Shown here piece by piece: positions 10,093-22,209 of a DNA stretch of 48,697 nt (its first letter is position 1; every line of letters starts with the position of its first letter). Source of the DNA: Clostridia bacterium (lineage in GTDB: Bacteria > Bacillota > Clostridia > UMGS1883). The notes beneath the pieces were generated by a model that saw only the letters and a list, made by a program, of their open reading frames with translations, searched no databases and had not been told where the DNA came from. The stretch lies in NCBI GenBank assembly GCA_051866635.1, contig JBJDXJ010000025.1, forward strand, positions 1 through 48,697, given 5' to 3'. Made by a program: the position numbers and the translations under genes.

Positions 10093-11292
10093 ATGAAAAG
10101 AAAGAATACTGTTATAGGACTACTGCTGGTTGTAAGTATTATCGTGGTGGCGGCAAATTTCTTTAGGGAGGCAAATTCCCCTTATGTGAAGCAAACTGCG
10201 AAAATAGGCAGTTACACTAATTCCATTTCCGCACAGGCATTTGTCATAAGGGACGAATATGTAATAAACCCTGATTCTACAGGTGTTTTTGAAGCCTCCG
10301 TTTCCGAAGGGGATAAGGTTTCGGCATATATGAAATTGGGCACCGTGGTAACGGGCGATGTGGACCAGCAAAAGCTCAACGAGCTTGAAAAACTTAATAA
10401 AGAAATTGAAGCATTAAACAGTAATATAAGCGATGCAGGCGTCCTTGCAATTGATGACAATAAGGTTGAGGCAACGCTCCGGTTATCTTTGGATAATCTT
10501 ACTTATTACTCCGCAAGGGACGATATTAAGATGGCGGTAAAGCTCAGTTCCGATATCAAAATCTTAACCGAGCGAAAATCAGGCACCACTTCCAATGATA
10601 TTGCAAAGGACAACTTAAATCGTCTTATTGCACAGCGTGACAGCGTTGCCGCCTCCTTGGGCGGTGCACATCAGAATATTTATGCACCCTGTGCAGGTAT
10701 GTTCAGTAAAAACCTTGACGGCATGGAGGAGGTTTTAACCTTTGATTTGGTTGACAGCGTTTCTCCTCCTGCGGTGGACTTGTACCTTGAACTTATGAAA
10801 AAGCGTACAGGCAGTGGCGTTTGTAAAGTTGTAAATAACTACAAATGGTATCTTGTTATGAACCTGAGCGTAAATGATGCCGAAGGTTTATCTGTTGGTA
10901 ATTCATATTCTGTTGCATTTGAAGAACATGACAGCGAAATCCCGGGCAAAATAGTGCGTATTTCCGAAAAAGATGAGGAAGGCAGAAGGGCTGTGGTTAT
11001 TCAGTTTACACATCATATTGAGTCCATCGGCAGTATGCGTTGTGTAGATGTGAAAATATGCAAGGAAAAGTACACGGGTATTTATATCCCTGCATCTGCC
11101 GTGCGTGTTAAGGACGGCGTTTTAGGCGTTTATGTGCAGAATGAAAAGGCTGTCCGTTTCAGAAGCATCACTTCTGTGTACAAAACAGACGATTTCGTTC
11201 TTGCAAAGGAAGGTGCCGAGGGTGTTGGCGGTTATGACAACATCCAGCTTTACGACGGATTGATTTTAAATCCCAACGACGGTGAGAATTAA
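10093..11292 (+). CDS. HlyD-like membrane-anchored adaptor-fold protein (conserved clostridial type)
   Basis: N-terminal TM helix, lipoyl-like half motifs (VSEGDKV; IYAPCAGMF) flanking a coiled coil, C-terminal GIYIPASAV. Confidence 0.65.
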   Translation: MKRKNTVIGLLLVVSIIVVAANFFREANSPYVKQTAKIGSYTNSISAQAFVIRDEYVINPDSTGVFEASVSEGDKVSAYMKLGTVVTGDVDQQKLNELEKLNKEIEALNSNISDAGVLAIDDNKVEATLRLSLDNLTYYSARDDIKMAVKLSSDIKILTERKSGTTSNDIAKDNLNRLIAQRDSVAASLGGAHQNIYAPCAGMFSKNLDGMEEVLTFDLVDSVSPPAVDLYLELMKKRTGSGVCKVVNNYKWYLVMNLSVNDAEGLSVGNSYSVAFEEHDSEIPGKIVRISEKDEEGRRAVVIQFTHHIESIGSMRCVDVKICKEKYTGIYIPASAVRVKDGVLGVYVQNEKAVRFRSITSVYKTDDFVLAKEGAEGVGGYDNIQLYDGLILNPNDGEN

Positions 11293-11294
11293 GT

Positions 11295-12026
11295 ATGAGT
11301 GAACCTGTAAAACTTTCAGGTGTGGTTGTTAAAACGGCACCTTACAAAGATAATGACAGTATGCTGACTGTGCTCACAAAGGAAAGGGGCGTTGTAAGCA
11401 TATCTGCAAAAGGTATAAAAAGCCTTAAAAATAAGAATTCCTCAGCCCTATCACCGCTATGCTACAGTAGTTTTGTGGTGAAGGATAAGGGCAGTGTGTA
11501 TTCACTTACCTCCGCTGATTTGGAGGAAAGCTTTTATTCCTTAAGGGAGGATGTAAAAGCACTTTCATACGGCGTGTATTTTGCACAGCTTGCCGCTTTC
11601 ATGACAGGGAAGAACACCCCTGCCGAAGAAGAAGTAAGGCTTCTTTTAAACACCTTGTATGTTTTGTCCAAAAACCACGATAGGTGCAATGTTTTATGTG
11701 CGGCATTTGAAATGAAGCTGAGTGAGCTCTCCGGCATTGCCCCGATGGTTGAGGATTGCCCCTGTGGAAATGAAAGCACCTTTTTTGACTTTCAGGAAGG
11801 GGAATGTATGTGTGCCTTGCACAAAAGCGTACATTCCAAGCCCATAAGCAAAAATGCTAAAATTGTTATGAATTATATATTGGAGGCAGATTTAAAAGGG
11901 GCATTGACTTTTGACACCCCAAAAGATATTGCAACTGAGGTTTCCTCTTTAATGGAGGAATTTATATCCTTGCAGTTTGGCACTTTGCCTAAAAGCCTGG
12001 ACTATGTAAAAAAATTAGTTTATTAA
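11295..12026 (+). CDS. recO: DNA repair protein RecO
   Basis: GVVVK..PYKDNDSMLTVLTKERGVV...AKG OB-fold start, FEMKL, Cys-containing zinc-finger region. Confidence 0.9.
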   Translation: MSEPVKLSGVVVKTAPYKDNDSMLTVLTKERGVVSISAKGIKSLKNKNSSALSPLCYSSFVVKDKGSVYSLTSADLEESFYSLREDVKALSYGVYFAQLAAFMTGKNTPAEEEVRLLLNTLYVLSKNHDRCNVLCAAFEMKLSELSGIAPMVEDCPCGNESTFFDFQEGECMCALHKSVHSKPISKNAKIVMNYILEADLKGALTFDTPKDIATEVSSLMEEFISLQFGTLPKSLDYVKKLVY

Positions 12027-12039
12027 TATTTTAATATAA

Positions 12040-15150
<3,111 letters not shown>

Positions 15151-15160
15151 TTTTACATAA

Positions 15161-15209
15161 AAAGACCCACAAATGTTACCGGAGAGGGTAATGTTTGTGG
15201 GTTTTCTTT
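15161..15209 (+). terminator. Intrinsic terminator after the beta-galactosidase gene
   Basis: ACCCACAAATGTTACC / GGTAATGTTTGTGGGT hairpin followed by TTTCTTT. Confidence 0.75.
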
Positions 15210-15221
15210 AGTAAAAATATG

Positions 15222-15250
15222 TTGAATTTTGTCAGAAAAAGCAGTATAAT
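15222..15250 (+). promoter_or_regulatory. sigmaA-type promoter of the small-peptide mRNA
   Basis: TTGAAT (15222-27), 17 bp spacer, TATAAT (15245-50). Confidence 0.75.
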
Positions 15251-15348
15251 AACCATTGTCGGAGAAACCCGACAGGCAGTTTGGGAATGAACATTCCGTG
15301 GACGGCTCGCCCAACCCCATTACATAATGGAAAGGGGGTGATTGCTTT

Positions 15349-15423
15349 ATGGGAAAAAGATTATTAAGAATATTGATTTTTACAATTATCTTTTTGATAT
15401 TTTTCAATATAAAAGCAAATTAG
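15349..15423 (+). CDS. 24-aa hydrophobic peptide, putative type I toxin (absent from the ORF track)
   Basis: MGKRLLRILIFTIIFLIFFNIKAN*; strong SD AAAGGGGGTGA upstream; basic N-terminus plus one TM-length hydrophobic stretch. Confidence 0.75.
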   Translation: MGKRLLRILIFTIIFLIFFNIKAN

Positions 15424-15499
15424 TCGCCCACACTCCACAATGTAGCGACTAACTTTTAATGCTATATTGGCGAGCCGTTCAACGAACTGCCTTTTTCTA
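15410..15499 (-). ncRNA. Putative antisense (antitoxin) RNA; ends approximate
   Basis: Lies between a consensus minus-strand promoter and the TTAGTCGC/GCGACTAA hairpin, which is followed on the minus strand by TTTGCTTTT; no ORF; convergent overlap with the 3' end of the peptide mRNA. Confidence 0.65.
15420..15457. terminator. Hairpin at the peptide stop codon, possibly a bidirectional terminator
   Basis: TTAGTCGC...GCGACTAA stem with T-rich flanks on both strands. Confidence 0.55.
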
Positions 15500-15504
15500 T
15501 GGTC

Positions 15505-15533
15505 ATTATATACCTTAATCCGCCGATTGTCAA
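15505..15533 (-). promoter_or_regulatory. Consensus sigmaA promoter driving the antisense RNA
   Basis: Minus strand reads TTGACA (15533-28), 17 bp spacer, TATAAT (15510-05). Confidence 0.85.
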
Positions 15534-15594
15534 TCTTTTTTGACGTAATTTATTTTGACACAATGTAACTCAAATTGAGTGGAGCTTGTGTCTT

Positions 15595-16686
15595 TTATTT
15601 ATTATTTTTTGTTTTTCCGTGATCATCCTCATCAAGGCGGTGAATCATCTTAGGTACAACAACTAAAAATACTATAAATGCCACAAAGATAAAGAACAGT
15701 GAAACGAGCTTTATTGCACCGGAGGCAAGTAAGAATATTGCAAAAAGGCAAAGTATTGCACACATTGCATATATAATTATAACAGCCTGCTTCTGTGAAA
15801 GCCCCAGGTCAATCAACCTGTGGTGCAAATGACCTCGGTCAGGTGCCATAATGGGCTGATGGTTTTTAAGCCTTCTCAATATGGCAAAACTTGTGTCAAA
15901 TATGGGAAGTGCCAGAATTAAAAGGGGAGTTGCCACAGAAATCATGGCATAACCCTTTGAAAGACCTAATACAGAAATGTTTGCCAAACTGTAGCCTAAG
16001 AACAATGCACCCGTATCGCCCATAAAAAGCTTTGCCGGGTTAAAGTTGTATGGGAAAAAGCCAAGGCAAGCACCTGAAAGTGCGGCTGACACTATAATAA
16101 CATCTAAAGGAATATATTCCGATAAAAGAAGGGAAATGCAAAGAAGTGTAATGGATGAAATTGAAGAAACACCGATTGCAAGCCCGTCAAGCCCGTCAAT
16201 AAGGTTCAAAGCGTTTGTAACTGCCACAATCCAAAGCACTGTCAATGGGTAGGCAAGCCAACCAAGCTCAAGGGTGTCCACACCGAAAATAACTTCTGGA
16301 ACACTTATACGCTCTATCACAACGCCGAAACAAACGGGGATTATTGCCGCCAAAGTCTGAACTACAAATTTAAACTTTGCACTTAAAGAATTAATATCGT
16401 CAAATATACCTAAAACCACAATTATAAAGGAGCCTAAAAGCATACCCACAATGGTTTTTGGAAGGGTAGAAAAAAGACACGCACTTACAATAAAGCCTAA
16501 GAATATTGCAAGACCGCCAAGCCTTGCCTTGGGCGTTTTGTGCATACGTCTTGCGTCCTTCGGCACATCTACAGCACCGATTTTATATGCAAGCCTTTTT
16601 ACAATGGGCGTTGCCGCAAATGCAATAACAAAGGACAGTAAAAATGAAAACATTATTGCCGAATCAGTGGAATGTAAAAGTCCCAT
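15595..16686 (-). CDS. tagO: Undecaprenyl-phosphate GlcNAc-1-phosphate transferase (TagO/WecA, MraY family)
   Basis: RRMHKTP..RLGGLAIF, LGIFDD, NALNLIDGLDGLA, FMGDTGA, DRGHLHHRL. Confidence 0.9.
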   Translation of the reverse strand: MGLLHSTDSAIMFSFLLSFVIAFAATPIVKRLAYKIGAVDVPKDARRMHKTPKARLGGLAIFLGFIVSACLFSTLPKTIVGMLLGSFIIVVLGIFDDINSLSAKFKFVVQTLAAIIPVCFGVVIERISVPEVIFGVDTLELGWLAYPLTVLWIVAVTNALNLIDGLDGLAIGVSSISSITLLCISLLLSEYIPLDVIIVSAALSGACLGFFPYNFNPAKLFMGDTGALFLGYSLANISVLGLSKGYAMISVATPLLILALPIFDTSFAILRRLKNHQPIMAPDRGHLHHRLIDLGLSQKQAVIIIYAMCAILCLFAIFLLASGAIKLVSLFFIFVAFIVFLVVVPKMIHRLDEDDHGKTKNNK

Positions 16687-16839
16687 AATAATTCACATAG
16701 CCTTTCTGCCACAAATAGTAATGAAAATTAGTTTTTACGCTCTTGCTATGGCGGACAAGGCGTATAATGTGAATTGTGTCCATGTGCGTTTTCCGAGCCG
16801 TGCGAGGAAATTCTCGCACGGACAATCAAATCCACAGGA

Positions 16840-16871
16840 AGAATTAACGTGAAAACTTTCACGTTAATTCT
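16840..16871. terminator. Hairpin downstream of trpS
   Basis: AGAATTAACGTGAAA / TTTCACGTTAATTCT perfect 15-bp arms; weak T-tract. Confidence 0.5.
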
Positions 16872-16882
16872 CCCTCCTATTG

Positions 16883-17878
16883 TCAGATTACAAAGCCAAC
16901 CTTTTTCTTTACCTTTGAAAGAGTTTTACGACTTAAATAGTTTGCCGTTTCAGCACCTTTTCTGTAAATGGATTCAAGGTAATCCTTGTTTTTCATCAAA
17001 TCGTTATATTTTTCCTGAATAGGTCTGAGCTCTTCAACAACAGCTTCTGCAACAGCGGTTTTAAAGTCACCGTAGCCATATCCTGCAAACTCATTAACTG
17101 CTTCGTCGATAGTTTTGCCTGTAACGGAGGAGTATATGTTAAGAAGGTTATTAACACCGTCCTTGCCTTCGGCATATTTAACACAAGCCTCGGAGTCTGT
17201 CACCGCACGCTTGAATTTTCTTGCCACTGTGTCAATGTCGTCAAGGATAAATACACAGCCGTTGGGGTTGGGGTCAGACTTACTCATTTTGGCAGTAGGT
17301 GTCTGCAAGCTCATGATTTTTGCACTTTCCTTGCCAATATAGGGTTCGGGTATTGTGAACACATCGCCGTAAATGGAGTTAAAGCGGTTTGCAATGTCAC
17401 GTGCAATTTCAAGATGCTGTTTCTGGTCTGCACCAACGGGCACTAAATCGCTTTGGTACAAAAGAATGTCAGCCGCCATTAAAACAGGGTATGTGAACAA
17501 GCCTGCATTAATATTGTCCTTATGCTTTGCACTCTTGTCCTTAAATTGTGTCATTCGGCTAAGTTCACCCATCTGTGTATAACAGTTCAATATCCATGCA
17601 AGCTCTGCGTGGGCAGGAACATGGCTCTGGATAAACATAAGGTTCTTTTCCGCATCAATGCCGCATGCAATATACTGTGCCAGAAGGGAAACAGTGTTTT
17701 TTCTAAGCTCAGAAGGAGTCTGTCTTACCGTGATTGTGTGCATATCCATCATTGCGTATATACAGTTATAGTCATCCTGAAGCGTTGTCCAGTTTTTAAC
17801 TGCACCTAAATAATTACCCAATGTAATTGAAGAAGCTGAGGGCTGTATGCCTGACAGTATAGTTTTCTTTTCGTTCAT
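16883..17878 (-). CDS. trpS: Tryptophan-tRNA ligase
   Basis: SGIQPS..TLGNYLGA, YPVLMAADILLY, VPVGADQKQHLE, KMSKS; start placed at MNEKK after GAGGT. Confidence 0.97.
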   Translation of the reverse strand: MNEKKTILSGIQPSASSITLGNYLGAVKNWTTLQDDYNCIYAMMDMHTITVRQTPSELRKNTVSLLAQYIACGIDAEKNLMFIQSHVPAHAELAWILNCYTQMGELSRMTQFKDKSAKHKDNINAGLFTYPVLMAADILLYQSDLVPVGADQKQHLEIARDIANRFNSIYGDVFTIPEPYIGKESAKIMSLQTPTAKMSKSDPNPNGCVFILDDIDTVARKFKRAVTDSEACVKYAEGKDGVNNLLNIYSSVTGKTIDEAVNEFAGYGYGDFKTAVAEAVVEELRPIQEKYNDLMKNKDYLESIYRKGAETANYLSRKTLSKVKKKVGFVI

Positions 17879-17894
17879 TATTTTTACCTCATTT

Positions 17895-19082
17895 TTATTC
17901 AAAGGACTTTATTACATCGCTGAGGATGCCGATGCCCTTTTTAATATTTTCATCTGATGTATTTGAGAAATTCAAGCGGAATGAAGAATACTTCTTACTT
18001 TGGTCAACCATACAGGAGGAACCCTGAACAAAGGCAACCTTCTTTTCAACACCCTTCTTAAAAAGTAAATCGGCGTCAAACTTTTCGGGAAGATTGCACC
18101 ATATAAACAAACCGCCTTCAGGTCTTGTGAAATCACAATATTTTGGGAAAAACTCATCCATACAGGAAAGCATAAGTGCATTTTTTCTGCCGTAGATGTC
18201 ACAGCTCTTTTTTATATGTGCATCATAATCATATTCTGTCACAAAGTGATATGCAATAAGCTGGTTTAAAACAGGTGTATGCACGTCTGTTACCTGCTTG
18301 CACACAACCATTTTTTCCAAAATCTCTCTTCTTGCGGTGAAAAAGCCTATACGAAGACCCGGTGACAGAGTTTTTGAAAAACTTCCCACATAGATAACCC
18401 TGCCATCCTTGTCCATGCTCTTAATGGTAGGCACAACTTCACCTGTGTACCGAAGCTCACCGTAGGGGTTGTCCTCCAAAATATAAAAGTCATATTCAGA
18501 AGCAAGGTTTAAAAGCCTTTTTCTTTTTTCTAAGCTCATTGTAATACCGGAAGGATTCTGAAATGTTGCGATTGTGTAAACAATTTTAATTTTTTGCTTT
18601 TTTAAAACCTCGTTTTCAAGATAGTCCAAATCCATACCATCGGACCGGACAGCTACGGGGATCATATTGGCACGGTAGCTTCTGAAATTGTTCAAAGCAC
18701 CTACAAAGCTGGGTGCTTCAACAACAACGCTGTCACCGTCGTCAACCATAACCTTTGTTGTAAGGTCGATTGCCTGCTGACCGCCTGTTGTAATAATCAC
18801 ATCTTCACTTTCATCTATAACGCCCTGTTTTACAAGCCTGTCCTTAACAAACCTTCGGAGGGGGTCGTAGCCTTCCGTAATTCCATACTGGAGTGCAAGG
18901 TTGCCTTCTTTTTCAAAAATCCTTTTTGAAATGTCCCCAAGCTCTTTTTTGGGGAAAACATCGGGCGAGGGAGCACCGCCTGCAAAAGAAATGATTTCAG
19001 GGTCTGCCAAAAGCTTGAATGTTGCTCTGATGGCACTGCCCGAAAGGGGGGCAGACCTTTTTGAAAACAAATTTTCTGACAT
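17895..19082 (-). CDS. PLP-dependent aminotransferase class I/II (LysN/ARO8-like)
   Basis: ISFAGGAP, TTGGQQAI, TFQNPSG, EDNPYGEL, GSFSKTLSPGLRIG, PEGGLF. Confidence 0.92.
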   Translation of the reverse strand: MSENLFSKRSAPLSGSAIRATFKLLADPEIISFAGGAPSPDVFPKKELGDISKRIFEKEGNLALQYGITEGYDPLRRFVKDRLVKQGVIDESEDVIITTGGQQAIDLTTKVMVDDGDSVVVEAPSFVGALNNFRSYRANMIPVAVRSDGMDLDYLENEVLKKQKIKIVYTIATFQNPSGITMSLEKRKRLLNLASEYDFYILEDNPYGELRYTGEVVPTIKSMDKDGRVIYVGSFSKTLSPGLRIGFFTARREILEKMVVCKQVTDVHTPVLNQLIAYHFVTEYDYDAHIKKSCDIYGRKNALMLSCMDEFFPKYCDFTRPEGGLFIWCNLPEKFDADLLFKKGVEKKVAFVQGSSCMVDQSKKYSSFRLNFSNTSDENIKKGIGILSDVIKSFE

Positions 19083-19201
19083 TAAAAAACCTTCTTATTA
19101 TTAATAAATTTCTACTTTACATAATATCATAATAGTATAACTAATGCAAACTATTTTTTACATTATAGGAAATTTAGCGTTTTCTTATTCAAATATAAAA
19201 A

Positions 19202-19231
19202 CGGCAAAACCTCAAAATTGAGATTTTGCCG
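19202..19231 (-). terminator. Terminator after hup
   Basis: CGGCAAAA-CTCAA / TTGAG-TTTTGCCG hairpin; an A-run on the left gives a U-tract on the minus strand. Confidence 0.7.
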
Positions 19232-19249
19232 CTTAATCATGTTTTTTTG

Positions 19250-19522
19250 TCAGCGAACTGTTTCCTTGAAAACCTTGCCTGCCTTGAATGTAGGTATCTT
19301 AGAAGCAGGAACCGTAACTTCCTGATTTGTTCCGGGAATCTTACACATTCTGCCTGCACGTGTTTTGACTTCAAATGTACCGAAGCCCACAAGCTGAACT
19401 CTTTCGCCGCTGTTTACTGTATCCATAATTGTGCTCAAAAAAGCGTTGAGCATTTCTTCTGTTTCCTTTTTGGAAAGACCTTTAGATTCTGCAACTTTTG
19501 CAATAAGTGCTGCCTTGTTCAT
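19250..19522 (-). CDS. hup: DNA-binding protein HU
   Basis: MNKAALIAKVAE, VQLVGFGTFEV, PTFKAGK; SD GGAGG. Confidence 0.93.
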   Translation of the reverse strand: MNKAALIAKVAESKGLSKKETEEMLNAFLSTIMDTVNSGERVQLVGFGTFEVKTRAGRMCKIPGTNQEVTVPASKIPTFKAGKVFKETVR

Positions 19523-19677
19523 GATTATTAATTCCTCCAAATACCCAAGATGTATGTTATTTTTTCAAACAGGTGTTATTCTACCAAATATATTCCGTTA
19601 TGGCAAGTGTTTTTTTGAAATTTTTGTCGAAAATGCAAAGAAATTTTTCAAAATGCCCTTATCTTCACCGGAATTTA

Positions 19678-21150
19678 TCAAGAATTAAAAATTTGTGTAA
19701 TTTCATCCTTTGATATAAACTTTGTCAAAAGAACCAAGAGTGCGTAAACTATTGCTGTGCAAAGTATTGTTATGTACAACGGGATGTATTTATTTAACCA
19801 AAATGCACATATAAAGCACAAAAATCCGCAAACTAAGGGCTTTAAAAGTACATCCCTCTTTCTGTATTTCAGCTGGGGCTGTTTTATAGTGAAAATCACA
19901 AGAAGGAGCATAAAAGAAAAATATGCCAGACTTGTTGAAAGTGCTACACCGTTTACACCGAAAAAGTACATAATAATGGGGTTTAAAACAGCCTTGCACA
20001 CTAAAGCAGTCACCGCCGATATAACTGTCATTTTAGTTTTGCCCATTCCCTGCAAAATGGCACAAAGTGCCGACCCTACCGACAGGAAAACTGCCGAAGG
20101 TGCAATCAAAACAAGGGTCATATAATTGTCGCAGTTATCGTACAAAAGCAAAAGTATATCATCTGCCACCGCCATAAACCCTGCCGTACAGGGCAGTGAA
20201 ACAAGTAAGGAAAGGCGTATCGCCATTGAGGAATCGGAAACAAGTGCTTTTAAGTTGCCGGATTTAACGCTGTCCGATACAGAAGGCAGTATCCCAGATG
20301 ACACTGCCGAGGCAATGGAAAAGGGAAGTGCGTACAGTGTTGCCGCCCTTGACAGACATCCGAAGGCTGTCTTAGGTGATGAAAAACCGAAAGACTTCAG
20401 CATAGGCACCACGCTTACCGTGTCAATCATATTAAAAATTGAATGAAGCGACACCGTTAGCGTAATAGGGATTGCAAGAAACAGTATCTTCTTTAAAATC
20501 CCCCACGAAAAGCCCAAGGATAACTTGTTTTTTGTTTTTACAAAAAAGATGAGCAAAACACAAAAGGACAAAAATGCACCCAGCGGAACACCTGACAGTG
20601 CCGAAGCGGCACATATATGCAGTGGATAATTTAAAAAGAGAAAGGCACCCAAAAATCCGAACAAAAGTCTGCCCAAGGAATCTGAAAGTTGGCTTAAAGC
20701 AGAGGGCGTCATATAAAGCTTGCCCTGAAAATAACCGCGTAAAGCGGCAATGGGTGCAATAAAAATAAGGGCAGGTGCCATTATTTTTAAGGAAAGCACT
20801 GCATCCTCCATGCCTGAAAGGTTGGCAAAAAGCGGGGCAAAAATAAAAATTGCAAGGGAAGATAAAATCATTAAAACCAAAACAGATATAAGTGCTGTGG
20901 AAAAAATCTCATCTTCCTCGCGTTTGTCCCTTGAAAGAGCAATAAGTGAAGATATTGCCATAGGTATTCCTGCTGTTGCCATGGCGAAGAAAAACATATA
21001 TATATTGTAGGAGGTGTTAAAAATCGCCATGCCCTCTGCATGAAGGAAGAACCTGTCAAGAGGAATTTTAAATACAGCAGAAAAGATTTTGCCCAAGCCT
21101 ACCGCCAAAGCCAAAAGAAAAGCACCTGATACAAAAGACTGCTTTTTCAT
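19678..21150 (-). CDS. MOP-superfamily flippase / polysaccharide biosynthesis protein (SpoVB/YtgP-like)
   Basis: KQSFVSGAFLL, ATAGIPMAIS, LRGYFQG, AILQGMGK; multiple TM helices. Confidence 0.85.
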   Translation of the reverse strand: MKKQSFVSGAFLLALAVGLGKIFSAVFKIPLDRFFLHAEGMAIFNTSYNIYMFFFAMATAGIPMAISSLIALSRDKREEDEIFSTALISVLVLMILSSLAIFIFAPLFANLSGMEDAVLSLKIMAPALIFIAPIAALRGYFQGKLYMTPSALSQLSDSLGRLLFGFLGAFLFLNYPLHICAASALSGVPLGAFLSFCVLLIFFVKTKNKLSLGFSWGILKKILFLAIPITLTVSLHSIFNMIDTVSVVPMLKSFGFSSPKTAFGCLSRAATLYALPFSIASAVSSGILPSVSDSVKSGNLKALVSDSSMAIRLSLLVSLPCTAGFMAVADDILLLLYDNCDNYMTLVLIAPSAVFLSVGSALCAILQGMGKTKMTVISAVTALVCKAVLNPIIMYFFGVNGVALSTSLAYFSFMLLLVIFTIKQPQLKYRKRDVLLKPLVCGFLCFICAFWLNKYIPLYITILCTAIVYALLVLLTKFISKDEITQIFNS

Positions 21151-21998
21151 GCCTTGTCCCTCTCTTTAGGAAGAACCATATATCTTTCCACCACAGGATA
21201 TGTTATAAATAAGTTCACATATGTTATAAATGTGAAAAGTATAACGGGTATAAGAAGCATTGCGTAAACGGTAACGAAAAATGCCAGATAAATTACCACG
21301 CCGCTTATCAGCGAAACTAAAGCCATTGATAAAAATGTTGTGGGAAGTTTACCGATTGCAAGAATGAAAGAATACTTATAAATTTCCCAAACCTTTTTAT
21401 CGAAGGAAATCATAATAGGATAAATATAAGCGTGCATTAAAAGGAAAATAAGGAAAATAACAACCATAAGCCCCTGAAGAAGGTAAGAGGCAATATTTTC
21501 CCCTGCGTACAAGCCGTAGAACCAGAAATTAACACCTAAAAGGAAAAGTATAACCGTATCTATAAGAAAAACGGCGGAACCCTTTAAAAAGTTTTCCTTA
21601 AGCTTTTCCCAAAAGTCTGCCCATACCCAGCTGTGGCGGTACTTGGTGTAATTTCTTATAACATATGTCATACCTGCCCCCGGGGCACCGCCGCCGAAAA
21701 GTGCATATATAAAACATGAAATGTACATGCAAAGCTGTGTTATAGCCTGGGCACCCTGGCTTTCAGCGGTCATAATTTCCGAGAAAAACAACGCTAAAAC
21801 AACATAGGTTGCAAACCATCTTATGATGAAGCCGGGGATTGAAAATACCAGATAAATGGCGTTTAGTGACACCAATTTCCAAAACCTTGTGGAAAGTATG
21901 TCCCAAAAACGGGCAAGACCTTTCTTTTCAGGCTCATCCTTTCTTACGCCGGGTCCCTCTGTTTCGTAATCAAAAAGTCTGAATTTGGGCAATTTCAT
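21147..21998 (-). CDS. YesL/DUF624-like membrane protein
   Basis: GPGV.KDEP.K.G..RF, FWKLVSLN, DFW..LKENF..G; several TM helices. Confidence 0.65.
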   Translation of the reverse strand: MKLPKFRLFDYETEGPGVRKDEPEKKGLARFWDILSTRFWKLVSLNAIYLVFSIPGFIIRWFATYVVLALFFSEIMTAESQGAQAITQLCMYISCFIYALFGGGAPGAGMTYVIRNYTKYRHSWVWADFWEKLKENFLKGSAVFLIDTVILFLLGVNFWFYGLYAGENIASYLLQGLMVVIFLIFLLMHAYIYPIMISFDKKVWEIYKYSFILAIGKLPTTFLSMALVSLISGVVIYLAFFVTVYAMLLIPVILFTFITYVNLFITYPVVERYMVLPKERDKA

Positions 21999-22109
21999 AG
22001 TTCATCTTCCCTTTCAACGTTTAATATGTAGTAATTGACTGTATTTTAGCACAGAACATCTTTTAATACAACTAATTTGTGAAAAATTTAAAAAAGTGCA
22101 AAAAAAGAC

Positions 22110-22138
22110 TTGCTTTTTTAAAAAATGTATGCTAAAAT
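22110..22138 (+). promoter_or_regulatory. sigmaA promoter of rpsT
   Basis: TTGCTT, 17 bp spacer, TAAAAT with extended -10 TG. Confidence 0.6.
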
Positions 22139-22209
22139 ACACCTTGCCTATTTGGAGAAGCCGTGTTCTCCTTTAGATAAATTATATTTTTTTGCAGGAG
22201 GTGAGTATT

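Noticed and set aside
15153-15407. 84-aa minus-strand ORF in the track (MKNIKKIIVK...)
   Set aside because: No convincing SD, crosses a terminator and a promoter, and is antisense to the better-supported 24-aa ORF; treated as a shadow ORF.
16743-16768. Plus-strand TTGCTA...TATAAT suggesting an sRNA promoter
   Set aside because: The spacer is only 14 bp and there is no extended -10, so support is insufficient.
19107-19116. AATTTCTACT, matching part of a Cas12a repeat
   Set aside because: Single occurrence without the complementary GTAGAT arm or an array; chance match in AT-rich DNA.
17879-19200. Expected T-box leader for trpS
   Set aside because: trpS directly follows the aminotransferase gene, and I found no T-box motif (GGTGGNACCGCG) on the minus strand upstream of either gene.
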